From Mobula hypostoma (Eukaryota): a stretch of DNA of 64,000 nucleotides. Under the pieces are notes generated by a model. It was not told where the DNA came from. It saw nothing but the letters and a program-made list of their open reading frames with translations, and made no database searches. The position numbers and the translations under genes are program-made. Positions 37,447 to 49,758 of the stretch are shown here, piece by piece. The DNA lies in contig NC_086108.1 of the NCBI RefSeq assembly GCF_963921235.1, positions 51,524,001 to 51,588,000 on the forward strand, given 5' to 3'. The stretch's first letter is position 1, and each line of letters opens with the position of its first letter.

Positions 37447-38552
37447 GATTCAAGATTCAAAGATTCCAAAACCTTTATTGTCATTCTAACTGTACACAGC
37501 TCTGCAGGGCAGATTGAGACAGCATTTCTCAGGAGCAGTGAAATCATAACATAACAAATGCAACACTAAATAATAAACATAACAATAAATAGTAAAACAC
37601 AACAGCCACATGTCAGTTAAAATCAAGTTATAAGTGTCCAGTGCAAGTTAAAAGTGTCCAAAGCAGAGTCAGGTGGAGCAGCTATTTAGCAGTCTGACTG
37701 CCTGTGGGAGGAAGCTGTTTAGTAGCCTTGTGGTTTTGGTTTTGATGCTCCTGTAACATTTGCCTGATGGCAGAAGAACAAACAGTTCATGGAGAGGGTG
37801 TGAGGGTCTTTAATGATGTACTGTGTCTTCTGGGGGCATCGACTCTGAAAGAGGTCTTGGACAGAAGGTAGGGAGATCCCAATAACCTTCTCTGCTCCCC
37901 TAACCACCCTCTGCAAGGCTTTTTTGTTGACAGCACTGCAGCTGGAGTGCCAGGTTGTGATGCAAAAGGTCAGCACACTCTCAACCACGCCTCTGTAGAA
38001 TGTAGTTAAGATGTTAGTGGGGAGTGATGCTTGTTTAAGCTTCCTCAGAAAGTGCAACCTCTGCTGGGCCCGTTTCACAATCCCAGTGGTGTTCCTGGAC
38101 CAGGTGAGATTGTCCGAAGGAACTTGATGTTTTCCACTCTCTCCGCTGTGGAGCTGCTGGTGCTGAGGGGTGTGTGCTCAGGCTGAGACCGTTTGAAATC
38201 GACGATCATCTCCTTGGTTTTGGTGACATTAAGCATCAAGTTGTTATCCCTGCACTAGCTCCCTAGGTGTTTGACCTCCTCCCTGTACATAGTTTCATCA
38301 TTTTTGCTGATGAGCCCCACCACTGTGGTATCATCAGCAAATTTAATGATCAGGTTCTCCTTGAATCTGGCTGCACAGTCATGTGTTAGCAGTGTAAACA
38401 GCAATGGGCTAAGCACACAGCCTTGTGGGGATCCAGTGCTCAGTGTGATGGAGTCAGAGATGTTCCTGCCAACACGGACTGACTGTGGTCTCTCTGTCAA
38501 GAAATCCAGAATCCAGCGACACATGGCAGTGCTAAGGCCAAGCAGCGACAGC
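37447..38552 (-). mobile_element. Rex/Babar-clade LINE 3' part (RT)
   Basis: [56 protein letters not shown] and (TTGAATC)-like tail. Confidence 0.9.
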
Positions 38553-39054
38553 TGATGATCATGACAGTATGATGATCATCATAAGCAGTTTTTCCTTATG
38601 ACTGTCCAGTCAAGTGCCTTGTGCAAGTTATTATTTTGTTTAAATAAAGAGATGTTTATGCTGCTCTAAGGATATATTGAGTTCATAGTGCAGCAGTCCA
38701 GTCTCACTGAGCTCTTCACATCTCAAAACAAATTTACCACTGGTTCCTCGAAGAAAGAAGTTATCCATTGAGAGCATGGCTGAAGACGACCTGGAGATAC
38801 CAGAGGAATACGACCCCTTGGAGTGGAAATAATGAATGCATATAAATAGCAGATGTATAAATGAGCCACCCAGTTTCACTCTGGAAATGACTTAAGGTGT
38901 TTGCACTGATATTGAGATAACCTTGAGAATGCATCGATCATCAAAAAGAACTGGCAAGATGGAAGTGTGGAATGCAAAGAAATAATATTTATGTGCCTCA
39001 GATATATTTTATCAACTTGTATTCTAACAATTTGCTCATTACAGTAGGGAGGGA

Positions 39055-39190
39055 AGCCAGAAATACACAAGGGACTTCAGATGCTGGAATCGAGCTGATG
39101 GAGGAACTCAATGGGTCAGGCAGCATCTGCAGTGGGAAATGGACACTTAATGGTTCAGCTAGAGACCCATCATCTTGACTGAAGGAAGAG
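39055..39190 (-). mobile_element. Old Penelope-related terminal-repeat remnant
   Basis: cagatgctggaatc…ggaggaactca…tcaggcagcatct resembles the younger Penelope-like ends; the hammerhead core is decayed. Confidence 0.5.
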
Positions 39191-39284
39191 AAGGAAGCCA
39201 CGTAGCTGATCAGGTCTATGCCTTTATACGGTAGGAAACCAGCGCACCTGTCACCCTCACATCGGTCAAACATCGTTCCCGGCA

Positions 39285-39540
39285 ACTGTGTGGCAGCACA
39301 ATAGTACAGCTAGTTGAGCTGCTGCCTTGCAGTGCCAGGAACGCAGATTCAATCCCGACCTGAGGTTTTGACTGTGTGGAGTTTGCACATTCTCCTTGTA
39401 ATAGCATAGGTTTCCTCCGGGTAAGCTGGTTTCATCCCACATTCCAAAGACCTGAAGGTTGGTAGGTTAATTGGTTAATTGGCCACTGGGAGTTGCCTCC
39501 AGTGTGTAGGTGAGTGGCAGCACCTGGGCGAGTTGATGAG
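39285..39540 (+). mobile_element. V-SINE (HE1-like tRNA-derived SINE of cartilaginous fishes)
   Basis: tRNA-like head followed by the V-domain tgtgtggagtttgcacattctcc…ggtttcctccggg…ggtttcatcccaca. Confidence 0.82.
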
Positions 39541-39589
39541 TCATTTTTCCAATATTTTTATTAGTTTCTACATAGAAGAATATAGAGTA

Positions 39590-40255
39590 GATTAGATTAT
39601 GAGAACACTCAGTCCTCTTTCATTGTCATTTAGAAATGCATACATGCATTAAGAAATGATACAATGTTTCTCCGGAGTGATACCACAGAAAACAGGACAA
39701 ACCAAAGACTAACACTGACAGAACCACATAATTATAACATATAGTTACAGCAGTGCAAAGCAATACCATAATTTGATAAAGAACAGACCATGGGCACAGT
39801 AAAAAAAAAGTCTCAAAGTCCCGAGTCGATCGACTCTCAAGTCCCTGATAGCAGGCAGCAAAAGGGAGAAACTCCCTGCCATAAACCTCCCGGCACTGTC
39901 AACTTACTGATACCTTGGAAGCAGACGACCACTGCCGACACTGAGTCTATCCATCTGAAAACTCCAAGCTTCCGAGCAGCCTCTCCGATACCTCCTCCCG
40001 AGCACCATCCTCTGCCGAGCGCCTTCGACCTCTCCCTGGCTGCTGAAACACGCAAAGCCGAGGATTTCGGGGCCTTCAGCTCTGGAGATTCCGGTTTCCA
40101 CATAGTAGCAATGGCAGCAAAGTGGCATTTCAGAAGTTTTCCAGAGGTTCCGCTGTGCTCTCACGTCTGTCTCTATCAAATCAGGATTGTTCATGGTCCC
40201 CTACTTGACAGATAACAGATATTCATCACCGAAGTGGCCACGCACGCTGCCGTCG
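39590..40255 (-). mobile_element. Second, diverged copy of the SINE-like family at 2713-3342
   Basis: Shared sequence blocks along its length and the same tail. Confidence 0.7.
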
Positions 40256-40261
40256 GTTACA

Positions 40262-40780
40262 AGACAGAACATAGAATAGTACAGCACAGTACAGGCCCTT
40301 CGGCCCACAATGTTGTGCCGACCCTTAAACCCTGCCTCCTGTATAAGCACCCACCTTAAATTCCTCCATATACCTGTCTAGTGGTCTCTTAAACTGCACT
40401 AGTGAATCTGCCTCCACCACTGACTCAGGCAGTACATTCCACGCACCAACCACTCTCTGAGTAAAAAAAACCTTCCTCTAATATCCCCCTTGAACTTCCC
40501 ACCCCTTACCTTAAAGCCATGTCCTCTTGTATTGAGCAGTGGTGCCCTGGGGAAGAGGCGCTGGCTATCCACTCTATCTATTCCTCTTATTATCTTGTAC
40601 ACCTCTATCATGTCTCCTCTCATCCTCCTTCTCTCCAAAGAGTAAAGCCCGAGCTCCCTTAATCTCTGATCATAATGCATACTTTCTAAACCAGGCAGCA
40701 TCCTGGTAAATCTCCTCTGTACCCTTTCCAATGCTTCCACATCCTTCCTATAGTGAGGTGACCAGAACAGGACACAGTAC
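40262..40780 (-). mobile_element. CR1 3' fragment
   Basis: YCVLFWSPHYRKDVEALERVQRRFTRMLPG; tail agaacatagaatag. Confidence 0.88.
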
Positions 40781-41742
40781 AAAGTATATATAAAAGGTCA
40801 AAAAAGATTTTTAAAAACTACCAAATACATTATATCTATTCATAATAATAATCTCATTACCCCATATTCATGTAAGTTAATCAATAGTTATACTGAAATA
40901 TACTAATTTATTACAAAATAAGGAGTCTAACCCCTATCAAGACCGAAGCTGTTTGTTAAGGAGAAGGAAAGGTAAAATACCTTCTCATATAATAGAAATT
41001 ACTAATAGCCAACATCTGAACTTAAATAACAAATTGAAGGTTTTGAAAGTTTTGAAAATAATCCAGAAAAGGTCCCCACAATGTTTGAAAGTCTTGACAA
41101 GATTCAGAAATTGAACAACGAATCTTCTCTAAATCTAAGCATGACATAATGTCGCATAACCATTGAGTAGGAGGAAAAACAGCCTTCCATTTAAACAAAA
41201 GCACCCTCCTAGCTATAAGAGAGCTAAAGGCCAAAATATGTAAATCTGATGTCTTCAGCTTGATATCTTGTCCTGCAACAATACCGAATAGGGCAGTCAG
41301 AGGATTAGGCTTAAAGTTGACTTTGAAAAGTAAAGAAAAAGTTTGAAAATCTTCCTTCCAATATTTTTCAAGACTACGAGTCATAAGTAATACGGAATGG
41401 AAACAGGCCCCTTCGACCAATTCGTCCATGCCAACCATGCTGCCAATTAAGCTAGTCCCATATACCTCTAAATTGCTCCTATTCATGTATTCATACAAAT
41501 ATCTTTCAATCGTGTTAGGTAATCTGTCAAACGACTTCTATTTTTCTAAACATTGGAGAACATAGGCTCAAGCTCTCCTCATTCACCATCCCAGTCATTC
41601 CAAATATCAAGTGAGTGAAAGTTTGTTCCATCTCCTGAAAACCAAGTATATCTCTCCAAAGGTATTGAGACCAAAACAAGAGACAGGTTGCACCAAAGCT
41701 TTTAGAATACTTCACTGATCACAAAATCTGTCTTTGTATGGC

Positions 41743-42378
41743 TTTGCTGAACATCTACGCTCTGTCCGCCAGAGAAAGCAGGATCTCCCAGTGGCCACAC
41801 ATTTTAATTAAACATCCCATTCCCATTCTGACATGTCTATCCACGGCCTCCTCTACTGTAAAGATGAAGCCACACTCAGGTTGGAGGAACAACACCTTAT
41901 ATTCCGTCTGGGTAGCCTCCAACCTGATGGTATGAACATCGACTTCTCTAACTTCCGCTAAGGCCCCACCTCCCCCACGTACCCCATCTGTTACTTATTT
42001 TTATGCACACATTCTTTCTCTCACTCTCCTTTTTCTCCCTCTGTATATACCTCTTGCCCATCCTCTGGGTCCCCCCCCCCTTGTCTTTCTTCCCGGACCT
42101 CCTGTCCCATGATCCTCTCGTATCCCCTTTTGCCTATCACCTGTCCAGCTCTCGGCTCTATCCCTCCCCCTCCTGTCTTCTCCTATCATTCTGGATCTCC
42201 CCCTCCCCCTCCAACTTTCAAATCCCTTACTCACTCTTCCTTCAGTTAGTCCTGACGAAGGGTCTCGGCCTGAAACGTCGACTGCGCCTCTTCCTATAGA
42301 TGCTGCCTGACCTGCTGCGTTCACCAGCAACTTTGATGTGTGTTGCTCGAATTTCCAGCATCTGCAGAATTCCTGTTG
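41743..42378 (+). mobile_element. Penelope-like 3' fragment with hammerhead motif (42248-42283)
   Basis: GIY-YIG C-terminal remnant; 10-bp TSD TTTGTATGGC (41733-41742 / 42379-42388). Confidence 0.88.
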
Positions 42379-43164
42379 TTTGTATGGCCATTGTTTGGTC
42401 AATCATGGAGGCAAGTAAGTGCCAAAGTAAGAGCCATAAGAACCACACTGTTGTTACACTGGTGCCACATTTTGCTTTTCACCTGAGTTCCCCACCACTA
42501 TGGAGTTGGTCCTCAACCAAGTTGATTCACTCCAGATAATATCAAGCAATCGCTGGGAGCACTGGACAAGCAGAGATGATGATACCCACCAACATTTTTG
42601 CCACCATACACAAGCTGTCCCAGTACAGTTACAAAACTGGATCTACCCAACTGCATGGGAAATTACATACAGCGCAACGTTCAATACAATCATACCCTCA
42701 GTTCCAATCAAAAAACATTAACATGGAGCCATGGACATGTACAGCATAGATGGAGACCATTTGCCCCATCCTGTCAATGCTCATGGACTTGAGCTTCAGG
42801 AGACAGAAGTTATATGGGGGGAAAATGAGAAAAAAAAATCAAGTCCGTTTTTCACTGATTTTTTTAAAAATGTTGTGTGTCCTCACCTTCTGATGTATGT
42901 ATGGGCATGTATCCAATTTCTCCACTACACAAGTAACCAGCAGGAAATATATACTATTGCAAAATTTTCCTTACTTCACAGATTAGGTAGTTAATCAAGA
43001 TTCTGACTGATGAAGATTATCCTGTTGCTTTTTAACAAGTTCAAAGCGAAGCCTTCAGTAACCTTCTCCAAACAGAATCATCAGAAAAGATTACCTGGTT
43101 AATTGTGAGATCTGCAGACTCGTTACATTGAATTACATCATAATAATGACTGTGAACCATCAGA

Positions 43165-44352
43165 AACCATAGCTCATAACACTCCCTCCAGGCTTCAAGG
43201 CAGCCACCGTCATTCCAGTGCCCAAGAGAGTAATGGTAACTGGCCTAAACAATTAGTGCTCAGTGGCACTGATGTCGACAATCATAAAGTGCTTTCAGCA
43301 GCTGGTAATGGATAACACAGAATGTCACCTTCCAGCTACATTGGATCTTTCCAGTTTGCTTAATACTCAAAATGGTCCACTGATGATGCACTAGCCTTGG
43401 CCCTCCACTCTGTCCTGTCCCACCTAGAAAACAATGCCTCATACACCAGGATGCTGTTCATCGGCTTCAGGCCAATGTTGAACATGATCATCCCTCGGAG
43501 GCAGGTGAGTAAACTGTCCTCATGGGACACAACACCCCTCTCTGCATCTGGATTTTGGACTTCTTAATGGAATGACCCCATCGGTCCCTATTGGCAGCAA
43601 CATCTCAAGCAAGCTCCACCACACTGAGCACTAGTGATCTCTGGAGCCTTGTGCTCAGCCTGCTGTTGGTCATGCTGATGATTCACAACTGTACTGCCAG
43701 ATTCAGCTCAAATCACATCATCAAGTTTGCTGATAATACCACAGCAGTTGCCCTCATCAGCAACGATGATGAATCATACAGAGAGGAGGTTGACAAGCTT
43801 GTCAAATGGTGCAAGAACAACAACCTGAGACAAAAGAGATGTTTGTAGCCTTCAGGAAGACACAGGTCGACCACTCCCCATTGCACATCAATGGCTCTGC
43901 TGTGGAGAGAGTGATGAGCACAAAGTTCCTTGGTGTGCACATAACAGATGATCCAACCTGGACCCACAATTTTTCCTCACTAGTCCAAAGGCACAGCGGC
44001 ATCTACATTTTGGGGAGATGGAGGCATGCAAGCCTTTCTGCCACTATTTTACCAACTTTCTACCGGAGCGCCACTGAGTGTCCCTTGTCTGGCCACATCA
44101 TTATTCTGCACGCCTGCAAGGCGTCAACAGGAAGACCCCACGGTGGATAGTTAAAACAACCAAAAGGATCACCAGGGCCTGCCCCCCACCATTTTTGTGA
44201 CATTTACTGGGAGCATTGCAGACGATGGGCTCAAAGCATTGTTGAAGTTCCCCACCACCCATCCCACAATCTCTCTGACCCACTACCACCAAGAAGGTGG
44301 TACAGAAGAATCAGGACTAGGACAGCCAAACTGTGTTACAGCATCGTTCTTC
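43165..44352 (+). mobile_element. Degenerate Rex/Babar-clade LINE (RT)
   Basis: IIKFADNTTAVALIS, VERVMSTKFLG; its 3' tail resumes after the Tc1 at ~45575-45606. Confidence 0.8.
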
Positions 44353-45573
44353 TGGACATTGCAAGTTTTCCCCATTGAATGGATTGAGGTCTGGACTCTG
44401 ATTTGCTCCCTCCAGGACAATAACTTTGTTGTTTTTAAGCCATTCCTGTGTAGCTTTGACTTTACATTTGGGATCATTGTCTTGATGGAAAAGACATCTC
44501 CCAAATCGCTGTTCTCTTGCAGATTGCATGAGATTTTCCTCCAGGATTTCCCTGTATTTTGCTACATTTATTTTACCCTCTACCTTCACAAGCCTTCCAG
44601 GGTGTGCTACAGTGAAACATCCCCACAGCACGATGCAGCCACAACCATGTTTCACGTTAGGGATGTTGTAGTTTTGATAATGTGCGGTGTTTGGCTTACG
44701 TGGTTAGTCTGATGGCCAAAAAGCTCAATTTTTGTTTCATCAGACCATAGAACCTTCTTCCAGTTGACTTCAGAGTCTCCCACATCCCTTTTGTCAAACA
44801 CTAGCTGAGATTTCATGTGAGTTTTTTCAACAGTGGCTTTCTCTTTGCCACTTTCCCATAAAGCTGTGACTGGTGCACCCAGGAAGCAGTTGTTGTATGC
44901 GCAGTCTCTCTCATCTCAGCCACTGAAGCTTGTAACTCCTCCAGATTTGTCATAGGTCACTTGGTGGCCTCCCTCACTAATCCTCTTCTTGCATGATCAC
45001 TCAATTTTTGAGGACAGCCTGCTCTAGACAGATTTACCGTTGGGCTATATTCTTTCCATTTCTTGATGATTGACTTTAGTATACCCCAAGGGATATTCAG
45101 TGACTGGGAAATTTTCTTGTATCCATCTCCTGACTTGTACTTTTCAATAACCTTTTTCACAGAATTGCTTAGAGTGTTCTTCTGTCTTCATGGTGTAGTT
45201 TTTTCCAGGATACTGACTCACCAGCAGTTGGACCTTCCAGATACAGGTGTATTTTTACCACAATCAATTGAAACACTTTGACTGCACACAGGTGATCTCC
45301 ATTTAACTAATTATGTGACTTCTAAAACCAATTAAACTAAAACAATTGGCTGCACCAATGATGATTTGGTGTGTCATATTAAAGGGGGTGAATACTTTAT
45401 GGAATCAATTATTTTGTATTTTATATTTGTAATTAATTTAGATCTCTTTGTAGAGATTTGTTTTCTGTTGATCAGTGTCAAAAAGAAGCCAAATTAAATC
45501 CAGTGTGATTCAGTGTTATAAAACAATAAAATATGAAAACTTCCAACGGGGTGAATACTTTTTATAGGCACTG
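44353..45573 (-). mobile_element. Tc1/mariner DNA transposon remnant (IR/DR-type end, transposase pseudogene; 3' end lost)
   Basis: KSGDGYKKISQSLNIP (HTH), KHGCGCIVLWGCF, FHQDNDPK, QSPDLNP; TIR CAGTGCCTATAAAAAGTATTCACCCC flanked by TA at 45574-75; inner repeat ggggtgaatactt at ~45385. Confidence 0.9.
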
Positions 45574-46524
45574 TATGTACAGTCAGATGGCAATAAGCTT
45601 GAACTTTCAGATTTGATGTGATTAGCAAAAGATTTCACACAGATCAGTTATTGCATTCTTGACTGTACTATCTGAAACAGTGGTAGAAGCAATTTCAATC
45701 ATTACATTCAAAAAAGAATTGGATAATTAATTGAAAGGTAAAAATTCATTGAGCTACAGAGAAACAACAGGCCAGTGGTATAAAATGAATCACTGCTACA
45801 CATCATAAGGGATTGATGATTCTATGACACATTCTGAAGTCATGAAAGATGCTATGTATAAACCTTTCTCCAACTAGGTGCATTAGGCACAATTATTTTG
45901 CAATATTAATTGTACAATGTCTGTTCCGTCACATATCCTATTTTCATTGCATGAATTAAGTTTTATAAAATATTAAAAACTGTTCCCAGTCGGACTTAAC
46001 ATCTTATTTCATTCAGATACTCTTGCAGACTTGCAGATCTTTGTTTGAAAGATTATCCCTAATCACAACATCTTTAAGTCGATAATCACTCAATTCTCTG
46101 CCGTCGTTCCTCCGCAACCTGCTGGCATTTTAAAGCCAGATTACAGAGCTATAGCAGTATTAGTGAGAGCTTTAGAAGATGTCTACTTTAACTGAAATGC
46201 TGTCACCAGTAAATCAACAGGATCAATTTATACTCTGGATTTTTCAATTAAAGATATGTTAGCATCACACCACAATTAATGCTGAGTTGATTCTTATTCC
46301 AAATGGTCTCCCTTACGAATTATAGCAGCCAATCAAATCAGTTAATCAATTCTTCCAAGTAACAGCAGCACATGAACAAGACAGTATTTTCACACAGGTG
46401 GAAGAATACAAAAACAAAATAAAAGAGGAGCAAGTGTAGCCCCCTGGACCCTGAATCTTGTCCTGCCATTCTATATAATCATGGCTGATCTACCTTGGAC
46501 CTCAACCCCACACATCATACAATC

Positions 46525-47897
46525 ATACTTCCAACACGATCATTCCCTCTGTTCTAATCACAGGCTCCAAAACCTATGTCTCTGTACCTCCCTTTTCTTC
46601 TGGATCCTTGACTTCCTCACTGGGAGACCACATTCTGTGCGGATCAGAAATAACATCTTCTCTTCTCCAACAATCAACACTGCCGCTTCTCAAGGATGCA
46701 TGCTTGGCCCACTACTCTACTTTCTCTACACCCACAATTGTGCAGCTAGACACAACTCAAATGCCATCTATAAATTTCTGGGTGACATAACTATTGGCAG
46801 CAGAATTTCAGTAGGTGACGAGGAAGTGTACAGGAGTGCGATAAATCAGCTGGTTGAGTGGTTTCATAGCAATAATGTCGTACTCAATGTCAGTAAGATC
46901 AAGGAATTGAGTGAGGACTTCAGGAAGGGGAAGTTGAGTGAACACACACCAGTCCTTATCGAGGGACCAGCAGTTTCAAGTTCCTGAGTATCAGCATCTT
47001 TGACAATCTATTCTGGGCCCAACACATTGAGGCAATTCCAAAGAAGACACAACAGCGACTATACTTCATGAGGAGTTTGAGGAGAATTGGTATGTCGCCA
47101 AAGACACACTCATATTCCTACAGGTGTACCACTGAGAGCATTCTAACAGGTTGCATCACCATCAGGTAGGAGGGACAGAAACCTAAAGGCACACACTCAG
47201 TGATTCAGGAACAGCTTCTTCCCCTCTGAGATCCAATTCCTAAATGGACATTGAACCCTTGAACACTACCTCACATTTTTTATATATATTATTTCTGGTT
47301 TTTGCATGATTTTTATATGTATACTGTAATTGATTTACTTATTTTTTTCCTTCTAGACTATGTATTGCATTGAACCGCTGCTGCTAAGTTAACAAATTTC
47401 ATGACACATGCCGGTGATAATAAACCTGATTCTGATTCTGATCCTGATCCTGGTATTGTACAGGATTGGAAAAAGCTACAGAAAGTTGCAAACTCAGCCA
47501 GCTCCATCATGGGCGCCAGCCTCTCCAGCATCAAGGACTCTTCAAAAGGCGATGGCTCAAGAAGGTGGCATCCATCATTAAGAACCCCCATTACCCAGGT
47601 CTCATTACTACCATCAGGGGGGAGGTACAGGAGCCTGAAGACACACAATCAACACTTCAGGAACAGTTTCTTCCCCTCCACCAGCAGATTTTTCTGAATG
47701 GACAGTGAACCCATGAACACTATCAGTATTTTTTCTTTTTTCTCTTTTTTTGCACTACTTATTTAATGTTACATGCATATATATAGTTCTAATTGTAATT
47801 TAAGGTTTTCATTATTATGTATTGCAATGTACTACTTTTGCAAAACAACAAATTTCACAACTTACTGTATGCCAGCAATATTAAACCTGATTCTGAG
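46525..47897 (+). mobile_element. Degenerate Rex/Babar-clade LINE, with a second 3'-end fragment nested at ~47175-47440
   Basis: WILDFLTGRPHSV, SQGCMLGPLLY, LLPSGGRYRSL; two (CTGATT)n-type tails. Confidence 0.8.
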
Positions 47898-48502
47898 ATT
47901 GCCCAGGTATACCAGATTAAATACCCAATGTTCCAACTGGCACTTGCCAGAAACCTGCTCACTGGTGTCTAATTTGGAGATCAGCATGATTTGGCTCCAT
48001 GGACCAAAGAACTAATTTCAGAAGTGATGTGAGAGTTTCTGAATGAGTCTCACATCAGGAAGAGTTGGTAAAACAGAAATCAATGAATATCCAGGAGGAA
48101 AACACCCCGATGATTGTAGTCATACTTTTTACTTGGAAAGGTGAGGATTGCAGGAGGGTAATCTTCTCTGCCCAGATCATTGCTGCATGAGGGTCCTCAG
48201 ACAGCATCCCAGGCTCAACCATTTCCATTTGTTTCATCAATAGCTGTCCTTTCAATAAATGATGAAAGTGTATTATTCAATTCTATTCACAACTTCTCAG
48301 AGTTAAATAAAACTGAAACATGGGATAACAAATGTGAAGTGACATTCAAGACATACATGTATCGGGAAATGTCAAACTCCAATTAGAGAATGTTTAACCA
48401 CTACTCTTAAAATCAATGGCATTACTACAGCTGAGTCCTCACCATCAACCACTCGGAGGTCATCATTGATCAGAACTTAACTAAAGAAACCACATACATG
48501 AT

Positions 48503-49034
48503 ACTGTAAAGATGAAGCCACACTCAGGTTGGAGGAACAACACCTTCTATTCCGTCTGTGTAGCCTCCAACCTGATGGCATGAACATTGACTTCTCTAAC
48601 TTCCGCTAGGCCCCACCTCCCCCTTGTACCCCAGCTGTTACTCATTTTTATGCACACATTCTTTCTCTCACTCTCCTTTTTCTCCCTCTGTCCCTCTGAA
48701 TATACCTCTTGCCCATCCTCTGGGTCACCCCCCGTTGTCTTTCTTCCCGGACTTCCTGTCCCATGATCCTCTCGTATCCCCTTTTGCCTATCACCTGTCC
48801 AGCTCTCGGCTCTATCCCTCCCCCTCCTGTCTTCTCCTATCATTTTGCATCTCCCCCTTCCCCTCCAGCTTTCAAATCCCTTACTCACTCTTCCTTCAGT
48901 TAGTCCTGACGAAGGGTCTCGGCCTGAAACGTCGACTGCGCCTCTTCCTATAGATGCTGCTTGGCCTGCTGCGTTCACCAGCAACTTTTATGTGTGTTGC
49001 TTGAATTTCCAGCATCTGCAGAATTCCTGTTGTC
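48503..49034 (+). mobile_element. Penelope-like 3' fragment with hammerhead motif (48902-48937)
   Basis: Near-identical to the copies at 42 kb and 33 kb. Confidence 0.88.
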
Positions 49035-49758
49035 TACTATTTACAAGACAGGATGCAATAACCACCACTTCCTTAAATGAGTGCAATTCCAATGACGATG
49101 AAAGAAACTCATCCATGTATCCATGACAAAAGACCCATATGTTCTGCACAAAACATTCATTCCCTTCACCATTTTTGCACGATGGTTGTAGTGTTTTCCA
49201 GTGACAAAATTCACTGGAGTTTATTTATCAAGGGTATGAAGACACCAACTCCTGTTGGATTTGACAGTTTCATTGTTATTTTCTTTGCAACTTAACAGAT
49301 AATTACCTGCTGGTATTTTTTATAATTGCTTAAATACATGAAACTGCTTATTATGTTTCCTAGTGGCCACTATATGTATATGCAGCAGTTTAATGTGTCC
49401 GCTGGTGGTTACATTTGTGTGATTCAGGAAAGCTCTAGAAGCTTCCCTTGGTATTGCATCAGTTGAATAGAGGCTATCTGATTGGTTGACTCTTACCTGT
49501 AAACTTAAATGGAATGTTTCTTAGCTTTGGAGTGTAAAATGAACTATCCGTGCGGTGATGCCATTTTCCATTTCCTTCTTTCTCTCTCCCTTCACTTACT
49601 GGAACTCTATCACTGTTTCTTTTAAATTTTTTTTGGTTCAATTAAAACTTCATAAATTATATTGAAGCATCGACTTTTGTGCCTCTTTTCTCACTTCTGA
49701 AAGAACCTTGTATCAAAAACATCAGAATCCAAACCAATAACTTCAGCACCAAGAAGCA

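Larger units (their letters stand above)
39543..41378 (-). mobile_element. L1-clade LINE 3' end (ORF2 C-terminus plus 3' UTR), interrupted at 39590-40780
   Basis: LEKYWK…PLTALFG…LIARRVLLFKWK…PPTQWL…LEKIR…FQTLWGPFLDYF; minus-strand AATAAAAA near 39560. Confidence 0.8.

Noticed and set aside
44317..45160. Active Tc1 transposase
   Set aside because: Fragmented by frameshifts and deletions; the C-terminus and second TIR are missing.
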